Shown: positions 40,307-53,025 of the stretch, piece by piece
How positions within the stretch are numbered: the first letter of the stretch is position 1
Layout: each line of letters opens with the position of its first letter
Assembly: GCF_902652985.1 (NCBI RefSeq)
Contig: NC_047022.1
Coordinates: forward strand, 5,022,001-5,086,000
Length of the DNA stretch: 64,000 nt
Direction: 5' to 3'
DNA from: Pecten maximus
Lineage: Eukaryota
Notes under the pieces: model-generated
Told to the model about the DNA's origin: nothing
Databases searched by the model: none
Seen by the model: only the letters and a program-made list of their open reading frames with translations
Translations under genes and position numbers: made by a program

Positions 40307-41124
40307 TATAAAAAATATGAGATTCGTTAAATGTATTCGTTGTGTTATTTCTTACAATCGAATTATTTTTCAATTCGTTATGCCCAAAGAAAGTAATGAT
40401 ATATGTTTAAGATATGCAGTAGTAAGTGAGACGATGTCTGTATTCCCGTATTTATATCTATGGTCAATCAGAAATATTTTCAACATTTCTCGTTATATTG
40501 CTGAAGATACCACATGCGACACACATCAAACGAGCAATTAATAATCACTAAAGACAATACACGTCACATAAACCACAAGGTGGATATCGTCGGTTTCATA
40601 TTTCTTTAAAGAAAACTTACTTTTTAATATCCCTGGGCATAATAAGTCTAATAATATAAGCTAATATAAACGCCTATTCTTCTGCTTACTTGCACGTTGT
40701 TGTTCAAACCAAGACGCGGCTTTCTATGATAATAACTAAATATCATAATTGCGTAAATTATTATTGTATATATGCTATTATCTATTTTATAAATGATCAA
40801 ATAACTAGCTTCCACTGACGTGGATAAAAATGGTTCGTTTCCTAAATATTCACGAAATAGATATAAAAGTCGCTAATCGGAAATATATCTAGTCCATATG
40901 ATACGGGAAAACCACATTAGTATCATATGAATAGACATAGTAGAGTCATGAAAACGGCATAAAAGTTGACATGAATGTATTTCAGATACAAAAACAATTT
41001 TATAGTCAACCCTATCAACGCGAGGCAGACTGTCAGAAAAGAGGGCGGATTCATTTCACCCTGAAACGAAAGTAAATTAAAAAAATATTACCTATTTTGT
41101 AAGATACGCATTTCTGTCCATAAC

Positions 41125-41895
41125 GAATAGCGTTTAATTTATATACGACTTGTTTAGAGACTAATTATTTCGGTATTCATTAAGCGTTGTATTCATCCGC
41201 TTCACGTTTGATACGATTTTCCTCCGATATTGTGAGCGAGGCTTATAGCGAAATCAAATATACTGTTTTTCAATGTCTGCAAACGAAATACGCTTTGCGA
41301 CATCTAACGATAAATAATTGGTATTATCGGTAGAGTTCAGTTTATTTGTATCATAGTAAAGGTAGATAATATAGCATAAACATTTCTTCTGTAATGAACA
41401 ATGCCCTTACAGTTGCTGGCGTCGACCAAACATATAGTACGTGTTTTTGGTTTGGAGGTGAAAACAGGGACAATGCTAAGCTTCCCTAGATGGGCCACAA
41501 GATCCTAAGTTTTTTCGTTTAGAATTGCCAAGCTATATTCTAATACTAGATTATCTGCCACTACTTTAAACTTAAGTCTAGAACTATATATATCCTAGGG
41601 ACCAAAATAATGAAGCTCAATTTTATTTATGATTTTATTATTCCAAGTCTAAAGCTGTCCTAGTTCCCTCCAATTTGTTTTTCTTTTGGTTTTGACTTCG
41701 GGTTCAAATAATCATGTCCATCTGAAAAAAATGTTTTGACTGTTAAGTTAAGTAAATTGGTTATGCAACTGACGAAATTACAATTATTGCAGCCCTTCCA
41801 GATGATAGGTCATTTTAACTCTTACCAAATTGATTAATAATTTATCTTTAATGATTTTCACTTCGGACTCAACATACCATGACTATGCTCGAACT
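41125..41895 (+). repeat. Dispersed ~800-bp repeat, copy 2
   Basis: Direct match to 7730-8535. Confidence 0.9.
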
Positions 41896-41899
41896 CACA

Positions 41900-42401
41900 A
41901 ACTTATCTTTGGGCTTTAGCTTTATTATCTTTAACATGTAATAAATACCCATGTGTGATTTGATAGTGTAATAAGTGAAACTGATTAATATATTATCTGC
42001 CTGACCCATGTGTTTACCTGGCCAAAGTGTATTGATTTACTTATGTAATAAACGACCCTTTGGATCTGTGTGATCCTTGAGTTACCTGGCAAAAGTGTAT
42101 CGATCGATTTACTTATGCAATTACCTGTTGTACCTATGTACCTATAATCAGTTGGCCAGCTATTTTCTATGAGACCATGTAATAGTTGTATGTAATAGTT
42201 TAAAGGTTTAGAATTGTAAACAACTGGCCTGTTCCAATCTATATCAGGAACACCTTATACAGTATCTGTTAAAGGCGTCAGACTATCTTCGGAGGCAGAG
42301 GAATAACAGCTATTCTCTGTCCCGGGCTTTCGCCCGGACGGGACTGACCAGTACAAATGTATGTATTTATGTATGTATACAGTTAATAAAGTTTCAAAAA
42401 A
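41900..42401 (+). mobile_element. Possible 3' end of a 5'-truncated retroelement
   Basis: GC-rich stem-loop gtcccgggc-tttc-gcccggac (~42319-42345), (tgta)n, AATAAA and a short A tail at 42396-42401. Confidence 0.4.
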
Positions 42402-43108
42402 GATGAAAAAATATGACTTTATTATACATGGCTAAATGTTTTTATTGTACGCCTAGATAGTAAATAGTTGTTTTATTTGGGAAATATTGATCAAGTAAGA
42501 ATCAGATCATTTACGAGATGGATAAGTAATATGAATATTTAAAAAAAAATGTAAGAAATTAATTCATAACAATGTTTTAAATGAAATGTCTGCCTGTGTA
42601 TTGACAAAATATCAATTTCCAAAATATCAGTTTAACCGATACCTAAGAACATTTTGAGGGATCCTTAATCGGGGTTAACAGCTAAATACAATATATACAC
42701 GTCATGTATAACGTGCAATACAGCGAAATTAATCCCGAAGTCTTTATTATAATTTGATAGAGTCATAACATCTAAGGGGGATTTCGTTCATGGTTTCAAA
42801 TTCTTATGTTCATTTGTTAACAGTACAAAAGTTTTGTTACAATGAAAATCCTAAAGATGCAGCATTTCCCTTTGTGTAATATAAATTTAAAAATGCATTT
42901 CTTACATTGTGTTACTGTTATTCAGTTAAACAATTGCGTTTATTTGTGTCAGTAAAAATAACCATAATTTTATCAATTTTGTAATATTATGGAAAGTTGA
43001 ACCCTTCTTTGCCTCTCCCTGCAACTTCAAAGAAGTGGGGTATTTTTCAAATAAATTACTATCATCACTTACTCAGGGACTATCTTCTGGATATTACAAC
43101 ACTTGTTT

Positions 43109-43332
43109 GGGGGCCGCGATGGCCGAGTGGTTAAGGTGTCCCGACACTTTAACGCTAGCCTTCCATCTCTGGGTTGCGAGTTCGAAACCTATGTGGGGCA
43201 GTTGCCAGGTACTGACCGTAGGCCGGTGGTTTTTCTCCGTGTACTCCGGTTTTTCTCCACATCCAAAAACTGGCACGTCCTTACATAACAATGGCTATTA
43301 AAAGGACGTTAAGTAAAAACAAACCAAGCCAA
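43109..43332 (+). mobile_element. Full-length tRNA-derived SINE
   Basis: ggggccgcgatggccgagtggttaaggtgtcccgacac...gagttcgaaacc...ggtttttctccgtgtactccgg...ggacgttaag + (aaac)n. Confidence 0.92.
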
Positions 43333-43364
43333 ATGTTTCTCAAATTTCGTTGGCTAGCCATTCC

Positions 43365-45625
43365 TACGGAAGCCGAATAGGACCAATATAAAAAATAACT
43401 TAGTTGGTATCATTAAGAAATAAATAAATAATCTCGTATATACGAGTTTCTTTCTCGTATATACGAGTTTATTTTTCGTAATAACGAGTTTATTTCTCGT
43501 ATATACGAGTTTTTTTCTCGTATATTCGAGTTTAGTTCTCGTAATAACGCGTTTATTTCTCGTATTACATGTAACAGTGTGCTCCATCATGAAACTGGAA
43601 CTTATTTAGTACAACTCTACGGAATGGCAGTTGTAACCGACACAGTGGAATGTTACTCTTACAAGGGAATTAGTAACGATGATATACTGTCGTCTTTGGC
43701 GATTTCGTCTTACTGTGTTATTAGTAGATAGACACTGAAAAGGTTCTTATGACAGAACATTTGTCAAGAAGGAAAAACCACTCATATACATAGACATATC
43801 TACTTGTACTAACATTATATAGCTACACGTTTTAAGTCTGAAATTTAATTAATACATCTAGTGACGCTGTCTTCGACAGTGTAACCAGTAGCAACACAGA
43901 CATGTGTGAAGACTATGAAAGGCCGTTCATGTCAAAACCTAGTACCATTTAACGCGTTAAACATAACATTTAAGATTTAACGAGTCCTTTAAATACGTAG
44001 TAGATATATGAAACAAGGTATTCGATTGTTTCTGTTATGTTAGACGACTTTAAACGCGTTAAAACGAACAAAATTAAACGCGTTAGAATTCCAAGAAAAC
44101 ATCGTGTTAAGATTTACCGCTTTAAATGTGTTTAACACGTTAAATGCTAACGCGTTAAATGTATCTCGTTTTTGACATGAACGGCCTTTTATAGAATACG
44201 ATCTGGAAATGAGATTTGAGGTTGATGCATTGTATTCTATACAAAAACCCGCGCATGAAGGACACTACTTTCAAAAAGTAAAAGAAGTAATGTATTATAT
44301 AGATTCATAGTGTGATCTACAATAGACGTAATCTCTCCCGTATGAAAACCAGTGTTGGAACTTACAACGTACTTCTATAGATACAGATCAATTTTAGACA
44401 ATTCTTCAAGTGGATTTCAAACGTATCCATTGTTGTTTTGGCTAGTAAGAATTCAAATTCTTCAGCATTTATTAAACTTTTATCACTAGAAGTATTATAA
44501 GCGAAATAAATATTTGTGTCCAACAAACCTCATAATAAAGGATATAATATCAATGTAAGTCGTTACATATGTTGTATCGGCCCGTTATGATAGAACATGA
44601 TTCTAACGTTATACATGTTATATACGACCCGTTGAAATAGAAAATCACAAATTGTACATGCTATATACGACCCGTTATAATAGAATATTAGTAAGATGAT
44701 ACTCGTCGTATTTGGCCCGTTATAATAGAAAATAATTAAGATGTTACATAGTTGTATACTGCCAGTTTTAAAAGAAAATTATGGCCCTGGTTCCGGTAGC
44801 ACTAATTATTAACTTATTCACAAATATTACTCAAAACGTTTATCCAGCACTTACATGATTTTTGTCTAATTTGTATAAATTGCAGGCACGTGTTCACGTT
44901 TGTTTCTATATATTTTCTTTCTGGCGGCTCTGATTCCTTTAAATCTGTGACGTCACAGGTCATAGGTCACCGAAACGAGGTCAACGACTTTGGGCTTCAG
45001 GTGTGTTTTCGAGAAAAATTGCAATAACTCTAAAACTAAAGTCGTCATAAAAGTCGCACTTTCAGGATTTTTAGTTTCATCCTAAATTACATTTCATAAG
45101 CTTAATATAGCAAATCGTTCCGGGTACACTAGCTTATTATGTCGAACAACCTACTTAAAAGTTGTCTTCGCAACTTTTTTATCATATATCACACTAGCGA
45201 CTTAAATGAAGCTTCTATATCATAATATCGTTTTCATTATATCAGTTAAGTTGTTATGTGACTTAATTTATGTAAATTTGGTGATAACCGAATTTCCATA
45301 TCGCGATAACGAAAAAAAAAAGAACTAGCAAGTTAGATAGTTCAAACCAGAAAGAATCCCGTATATACGAGAAATAATCTCGTATATACGAGAAAGAAAC
45401 TCGTATATACGAGAAATAATCTCGTATATACGAGAAATAAACTCATATATACGAGAAAGAAACTCGTATATACGAGAAATAATCTCGTTATTACGAGAAA
45501 TAAACTCGTATATACGAGAAATAATCTCGTATATACGAGAAAGAAACTCGTATATACGAGATTGTTTATTCATTTTTTAATGGTACCAACTAAGTTTATT
45601 TTTTTCATTGGTCCTATTCGGCTTA
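43365..45625. mobile_element. Non-autonomous foldback-type DNA transposon with TACGG termini and 21-bp minisatellites inside the TIRs (IS3EU-like)
   Basis: TIR tacggaagccgaataggaccaat / attggtcctattcggctta. Flanks cattcc (43359-64) and cattc (45626-30). 21-bp arrays at 43430-43565 and 45355-45562. The superfamily call is from recalled TAYGG/6-bp-TSD rules and is unverified. Confidence 0.75.
43913..44194. mobile_element. 282-bp MITE nested in the foldback element
   Basis: TIRs ctatgaaaggccgttcatgtcaaaa / ttttgacatgaacggccttttatag, with multiple internal aacgcgtt palindromes. Confidence 0.75.
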
Positions 45626-45630
45626 CATTC

Positions 45631-47058
45631 TACGGAAGCCGAATATACGGAAGCCGAATAGGACCAATGAAAAAAATTAACTTAGTTCGTATCATTAAAA
45701 AATGAATAAATAATCTCGTATGTACGAGTTTCTTTCTCGTATATACGAGATTATTTCTCGTATATACGAGTTTCTTTCTCGTATATACGAGATAATTTCT
45801 CGTATTAACGAGATTATTTCTCGTATATACGAGTTTATTTCTAGTATATACGAGTTTATTTCTCGTATATACGAGTTTATTTCTCGTATATACGAGATTA
45901 TTTCTCGTATATACGATATTATTTCTCGTTATAACGAGATTATTTCTCGTATATACGAGTTTATTTCTCGCACATACGGGATCCTTTCTGGTTTTAACTA
46001 TCTAACTTGCGAGTTCTTTTTTCTCGGTATCGCGATATGGGAATTCGGTTATCACCAAATTTACATAAATCAAGTCACATTACAGCTTAACTGATATAAT
46101 GAAAACGATATCATGTTATAAAAGCTTCATTTAAATCGCTTGTGTGATATATAAAAGTTGCGAAGACAACTTTTAAGTAGGTTGATCGTCATAATAAGCT
46201 AGTGTACCCGGAACGATTTGCTATATTTAGCTTATAATTTAGGATGAAACTAAAAACTTTTATGACGACTTTAGTTTTAGAGTCATTGCTATTTTTCTCG
46301 AAAACACATCTGAAGCCCAAAGTCGTTGACCTCGTTTCGGTAACCTACATGACCTGTGACGTCTTAGGTTTAAAGGAATCAGAGCCGCCAGAAAGAAAAT
46401 ATACAGAATCAAACGTGAACACGTGCCTGCAATTTATACAAATTAGACCAAAATCCTGCAAGTTCTTGGTAAACGTTTTGAGTAATATTTGTGAATAAGT
46501 TAATAACAAGTGCTGCCGAAACAAGGGGCATAATTTTCTTTTAAAACTGGCAGTATACAACATGTAACATCTTACTTATTTTCTATTATAACGGGCCAAA
46601 TACGACGAGTATCATCTTATAACGGGTCGTATATAGCATGTATAACGTTATAATAGTGTTCCATTATAACGGGCCGTTACAACATATGTAACGACTTACA
46701 TTAACATCATATCCTTTATTATGAGGTTTGTTGGACACACATATTTATTTCGCTTATAATACTTCTAGTAATAGAAGTTTGAAATACAATTCATGCATGA
46801 TGTGAAATAAATGCTGAAGAATTTTAATTCTTATTAGCCAAAACAGCAATGGATACGTTGGAAATCCACTTGAAGAATTGTCTAAAATTGATCTGTATCT
46901 ATAGAAGTACGTTGTAGGTTCCAACACTGGTTTTCATACGGGAGAGATTAAGTCTATTGTAGATCACATTATGAATCTATATAATACATTACTTTTTTTT
47001 ACTTTTTGAAAGTAGTGTCCTTCATGCGCGGGTTTTTGTATAGAATACAATGCATAAC
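45631..47058. mobile_element. Second, inverted and truncated copy of the foldback element, forming a ~1.4-kb-arm palindrome with 44226-45625
   Basis: Reverse complement of 44226-45625 (e.g. gcgcgggtttttgtatagaatacaatgcat vs atgcattgtattctatacaaaaacccgcgc). 15-bp terminal duplication tacggaagccgaata x2. Confidence 0.9.
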
Positions 47059-47161
47059 TTTACTGTACGTGTGTATCGTCTTTTCACAAAAACCAGAGTA
47101 TCCAGAACTGTTCTTTTGTTAGTATGTTTATTTGAATATTAACTTTCGAATAAAATGACGA

Positions 47162-47434
47162 TCGGATGTCGATATTAACTCTGATAAGACGGAAAATGAC
47201 GTCACCCCATCTGATGAAAAAAGCAAGTCCAAGGAAAAGCCCAATATAGAATCAACCAAACATGGTCAATCTACTGAAAAACCGCTCAGAGAGCAGACTA
47301 CGTTACTCAGGCGGAGCATGCGCAGAAAAGCAAAGAGTCAGCGAGGCGGAAAACTTGTTTTGAAGACCACGCCTCCTCGATTTGAGAACAACCTTAAACG
47401 AACGAAACGTAAGTGGTTGTCATTCAAGATATAA
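47162..47434 (+). pseudogene. Small acidic-then-basic ORF immediately upstream of the polymerase; start codon out of frame
   Basis: Open frame SDVDINSDKTENDVTPSDEK...LLRRSMRRKAKSQRGGK...KRKWLSFKI*. ATG at 47155 is one base out of frame. The stop lies 6 bp before the next ATG. Confidence 0.5.
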
Positions 47435-47440
47435 AACGCC

Positions 47441-50400
47441 ATGAAATAGGACATACACCAGACGAGAAACATGTCAGTGCAATCTTTTGATGATTTGCTC
47501 AATTCGGTGTCCAGAGGAGACGAAAAGGCCATACAAACAGTGAGCAACTTGAAAAGGATATTGAACTCTATTGATGTATCGTCTACGAAAAAAAACCAGA
47601 AATGAAAGCAACGTACTTAAAGACAAAAATGGACAAAATGTGACGTCTTGCAATGTGTGTGGGAAACAATGTCTTACCGAACAGAAATTTAAGTTACACA
47701 TGAAAACACATTATCGACAGTTAAAGTGCACAGTGTGTGGAAAAGAGTTTAAACGGTCAAACGACTTAAACAGACACCTGAATTCACACAAAAATCAGAG
47801 TTCTTACAAATGTCACGTGTGCGGCAAGACCTTCACGAGGAAATATAACATGAAAGCACATGTGACCAAAAAGCATGGACAAACTGGTGGAGATCTCTCT
47901 AGAACTAATCAACCTCCTTCTAGAATTCGATTACCTGAGCCTTCTAGTACTAAATCACCACCACCTTCCGCTATACAGTCGCCGCTGCCGGGACCTTCCG
48001 GCATACAGTCGCCGCTGTCGGGACCTTCCGGCATACAGTCGCCGCTGTCGGGACCTTCCGGTATGCAGTCGCCGCTGCCGGGACCTTTCGGTATACAGTC
48101 GCCGCTGCCGGGACCTTCCGGTATACAGTCGCCGCTGCCGGGACCTTCCGGTATACAGTCGCCGCTGCCGGGACCTTCCGGTATACAGTCGCCGCTGCCG
48201 GGACCTTCCGGTATACAGCCGCCGCTGCCGGGACCTTCCGGTATACAGTCGCCGCTGCCGGGACCTTCCGGTATACAGTCGCCGCTGCCGGGACTTTCCG
48301 GTGAACAGTCTGAACCATCTGTGTCAGGAGAACATACCTATTCCGATGATGTGAGTTGGGGAGGAAATGCTAATGTTAGAAACATATTTCCAAATGTCAA
48401 TGATAATAGTGACCTACTCACTTTTTTTTGCAAACTCCAAAACGGAAGTGATTGAACATTTAAAACGATTGTGCGAGAGGTTGAATGGAATTAAGTGGTA
48501 TCTTAACATTCGTGTGTCACTGGAAAAGGAAACTAGAGAAGGTAATGTAGTACAGACCATCCCCCATTTCTTGAGTAAAGCATACGTATTGATGCCAAAT
48601 GAATCCGATTTAGAACACAATATCATTACAGCTTATCAGAAAATGTTTGCCTCGTTTGACGAATTCGTTCGAAAAGGGACTGCTTGGGTACTCAAGAAAA
48701 TTATCAAGTTAGAAATACACGTTGCAAATTACTCACCGTTGAGTGGTTCCTCCTACGTACCGACTCCATATACTTTCAAACGTCATAAAATAGTAAATAT
48801 CTTTAATCGTGACGAAAAATGTTTCTTGTGGTCCATTTTGGCCTCTCTCCGCCCCACCGATACGCTACCCGAACGCGTCTTTCATTATGAGGAGTAGGAA
48901 AGCGAATTAGATATGACAGGTATCAGGTATCCTGTCTCCGTCTCTCAAATCGACAAATTTGAGAGACAGAACGGTATATCGGTAAATGTGTTTTGACTTG
49001 AGGAAAAAACCATTTATCCCATGTATGTGACAAAGATAAAACAGTCCCGTCATCACGTCAATCTGCTCTTTTTACAAGAAGGTGTAAAAAGACATTACTG
49101 TCTCATTTCCAATTTAAACATGTTTTTGAGCAGAACCAAAAAAGGAAATAATCTGACACATTTTTGTCAGCATTGTCTGCAAGGTTTCACCAGTAACAAA
49201 CTGTTAAACAGACATGTGGAACTGTGTATCGCTCACAAAACACAGCGAGTAGAATTCCCCAGTGAAGACGATGCTCTCTTATTGTTTGGAGATTTTCATA
49301 AACAAATGAAAGCACCGTTCATCATTTATGCCGATTTGAAACATTTGTAGAGAAAATGGATTCTTGCGAGCCAAACCAAGACCATTCAAGCACGACCAAG
49401 AATACAAAATTCGAACCCTGCGGGTTTGGATATCAAGTCGTGTGTATGGAAGATAGATATACCAAACCGCCCGTCATTTACAGGGGGGCCGACGTTAGCA
49501 AAACCTTCTTGGAATGCATCATAGAAGAAGAAAAACAAATCAAAGATATTTTAGGTCACCCAGAGCCGCTAGTCATGTCTCTTCAGGACGAGCAGTCTTT
49601 TATGGAGAGTACTCGATGTCACATCTGTGGTAAACATTTCACAGACGGAAGTACTGTGGTGCGAGACCACTGTCATTTGAGTGGGAAATTTCGCGGAGCC
49701 GCTTATAACGAATGTAATTTGAAGTACAAATATCCCACTTACGTTCCTTGTGTATTTCATAACCTAAAGCGGTTCGATGCACACATTCTGACGGAAAGTC
49801 TGGGCAAATTTAAAGACCGCGAAATCAATTGTATTCCTAACACTACGGAACAGTATATTTCGTTTAGTCTGGGCGATATTAGATTCATAGATTCGTTTCA
49901 ATTCATGTCTCAGAGTCTGGAGACTCTGACTGAAAATCTTGCCAAAGAGGGTTTGATTAAATTCAATAACTTCTCTAAGGCATTCCGAATCAGAGGCCAA
50001 ATTGCTACTTAGAAAAGGTGTATATCCCTACGAGTACGTAGACAGTGCCGATCGATTCTCGGAACAAATGCTCCCTGCAAAAGAGAAATTCTATAGTTCG
50101 TTGAGTCGATCACACGTGTCAGATGCCGATTAGGCGCATGCACATACCGTGTGGGAGAAACTGAACATTCGAGACCTCGGTCAGTATCACGACCTCTACC
50201 TCAAGACGGACGTGCTACTATTGGCCGATGTCTTTGAGAACTTCAGAAACATGTGTCTCGATTATTATGGGTTAGATGAGCTCACTACTATACCAGTCCA
50301 GGTCTGGCTTGGAGTGCAGCCTTGAAAATGACGGGAGTGAGGTTAGAACTCATCAGAGATCCGGACATGTATCTGTTCTTTGAAAACGGAGTGAGAGGTG

Positions 50401-51838
50401 GTGTTAGTATGATATCAAACAAATACGCTCAAGCTAACAATCCTTACATTCCAGAAATGTATGACTTATCTCAACCACACTCGTACATCATGTATACGGA
50501 CTGTAACAATTTGTACGGGAAGGCCATGTCGGAACCATTACCCGTGGGAGGGTTTCGTTGGGTTGACAATACACAAACATTTGACATAACCAAAGTATCC
50601 AAAGACGGAGACCTTGGTTACGTAATGTAAGTAGATCTGGAATATCCAGACGACTCCACGACAATCATTCTGATTACCCCCTCGCGCCGGAACGCAAAAG
50701 AACTTCAGACAAAGAATTGTCACCCACCAGCAAACAGCTGTGGAAGAGTTTACATCCTAGCCTCAAACATACCGATGATAAATTACATGGACGCGTGCCG
50801 ACAGAAAAACTCATTCCCACGTTAGAAAACAAGACCAAATATATCTGCAATTACAGAAATCTACAGTTATACGTGGATTTGGGTCTAAAAGTCACTAAAA
50901 TCCATAGAATCCTAGAATTCAAACAAAAACCTTGGTTACGTCCATATATACAATTCAACACGTCCAAGAGAGCGTCATGTAAGAACGAGTGTGAGAAAGA
51001 TTTCTTTAAACTCATGAACAATGCCGTATTTGGCAAGACGATGGAGAACGTGCGGTCTAGAGTCGACATCAAGCTGGCACACACAGAAACGAAACTAAAA
51101 AAATACGTGGCAAGACCTTCTTTTCAAAGATTCACCATCTTTAACGAAGACTTGGTAGCCATTCAGAACGATAAAATCAACCTCGTTTTGAACAAACCCG
51201 TATATGTGGGACAGACCATTCTAGATCTGTCGAAATGTATCATGTACGAGTTTTACTACAAGTACCTAAAACCCAAATATAAAGATGGTATAAAATTACT
51301 CATGACAGATACAGACAGTCTATTGTATCGAGTTCAATGTTCAGACGTGTATGATGACATGTATCAAGACAGACAGCTGTTTGATCTGTCAAATTATCCG
51401 ATCGAGCATTGCTATCACGATACAAAGAACAAAAAAATACCCGGGTATTTCAAAGATGAAACGGGTGGTGAACCCATTGCAGAGTTTGTAGGACTCCGTG
51501 CAAAAATGTACTCGTACGTGTACGCCGTGAGAAATCGGATGGAGATAGAAAATCTCCTTGTGATATGGAACGATATGAAAGAAAAGCAGGTAGATAAGGG
51601 TATCGCAAAAGCGACCATCAGTCGTGATCTAAGACACGAAATCTATAGAGAGTGTTTATTCGAAGACAAAATGAAAATGTGTAAAATGAATTCGATTAGA
51701 AGCGACAAACATCAGCTGTATGTTTATGCCGTCAACAAGTCGGGTCTGTGTGCCTTCGATGACAAGCGTTGGGTCTTACCCAATCGGTGCGATACGCTTT
51801 CGTTCGGTCAATACAGAATAAATAAAACAGAAGTGTAG
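47441..51838 (+). pseudogene. C2H2 zinc finger x3 + Pro/Ser/Gly repeat + protein-primed DNA polymerase B (vOTU-like and endonuclease VII-like domains), ~10 stops/frameshifts
   Basis: C2H2 fingers at 47649-47876. NRDEKCFLWSILA and RHYCLI (vOTU-like Cys/His). FIIYAD (ExoI), CHICG...RDHCHLSGKFRGAAYNECNL (EndoVII-like), FHNLKRFDAH (ExoII), [17 protein letters not shown] (ExoIII), YTDCNNLYGKAM (A), KLMNNAVFGKTMEN (B), MTDTDS (C), RAKMYS. Confidence 0.95.
47964..48302 (+). repeat. 30-bp coding minisatellite, ~11 copies (PSGIQSPLPG)
   Basis: ccttccggtatacagtcgccgctgccggga repeated, open in several frames. Confidence 0.97.
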
Positions 51839-51929
51839 TTTTACATATATTTATTCAGATGTCGGACTGAAATCGTCATGAAAATATTGTAAATAAATAT
51901 CATACATGTAGGTAATATAGTATAAGGGA

Positions 51930-52420
51930 TATATTTAATTTAAAAAGAAAGTTTCATTAAGTATCAAAACTGATTCGTAAAGGATTTAAGAAATAAAATA
52001 TTTTAAGATGTTGATTTAAAAAGAAAGTTACATTAAGTATCAAAATTGAATCGTAAAATATATAAAAAGAAATATTTAAAGTTGTTGATTTAAAAAGAAA
52101 GTTTCAGTATCAAAACTGAATCACAAAGTATTTCAAAAAGAAATATTTTAAGTTGTTGATTTAAAAACAAAGTTTCATTACGTATTATAACTGAATCACA
52201 AAATATATAAAAAAAGAAATATTTAAAGTTGTTGATTTAGAAAGAAAGTTTCATTAAGTATCAAAACTGAATCAGAAAGTATTTAAAAAAATATTTTAAG
52301 GTGTTGATTTAAAAAGAAAGTTTCATTAAATATCAAAACTGAATCACAAAGTATTTAAACAAATATTTTAAGGTGTTGATTTAAAAAGAAAGTTTCATTA
52401 AGTATCATAACTAAATAAAA
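51930..52420. repeat. ~72-bp AT-rich tandem repeat, ~7 copies, followed by scattered aagtatgagaggcatca repeats to ~52790
   Basis: Unit ~gatttaaaaagaaagtttcattaagtatcaaaactgaatcacaaagtatttaaaaaaatattttaaggtgtt. Confidence 0.9.
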
Positions 52421-53025
52421 GTTTTAAGTATGAGAGACATCACCTGAAAAATTAAAGTATGAGAGGCGTCATCTGTATATAAAGATTACATGGTGGTTAT
52501 ATAGTTTACATATAAGTTGTAGTTCATTTTCAAAATATTTCAATATACTTTTTTAAGTTAATTGTTGTATTTCGTTAAGAGGATATTCCAATGTACCATT
52601 TGTTATAAGTTAACAAAATTATTTAAAGTTATATACCTCAACGAAAATTAGTTGAAATCTTAAACGAAAAGTATGAGAGGCATATCATTTATAGATTCAA
52701 AAGTTTTAAGTATGAGAGACATCACCTGAAGGTTGAAGTATGTGAGGCATCATATGAACTTTCAAAAGTTGAAGTATGTGAGGCATGATCTATATACTAT
52801 ATTACAGTGTTTCATTAAATTAGTTTCAGATTGTTCTAAAAAAAAGTTTTCATTATTGTATTCATTTACAATTCAATATTTTATGTTGTTATTGTATAAC
52901 AATCCAGTTCACTTATGTTTCAATGTTTTATAACATTGATTGCATTATGTACTCATTGATGTATTCATTGTTCAATATGAATGTTATTAATAAAATCATA
53001 GTTAAGCAAACACAGTTGTTCTTAG

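Noticed and set aside
43109-43190. Functional tRNA gene
   Set aside because: A and B boxes are present but run into a SINE core and tail. Six diverged copies occur in the window.
45325-46094. SRIYEFI-repeat ORFs (also 43354-43590)
   Set aside because: Translations of the stop-free 21-bp minisatellite.
44226-47058. Hairpin telomere of a linear viral genome
   Set aside because: The left arm is part of a complete TIR element with its own target duplication, and protein-primed replicons use terminal proteins rather than hairpins.
47875-48354. Overlapping YSRRCRDLPV and RKVPAAATVY repeat ORFs
   Set aside because: Alternative frames of the 30-bp minisatellite. Only the PSGIQSPLPG frame is continuous with the zinc fingers.
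48367-51838. Programmed frameshifting or readthrough expressing polB
   Set aside because: About ten scattered stops and shifts inside conserved motifs indicate decay or sequencing error, not recoding.
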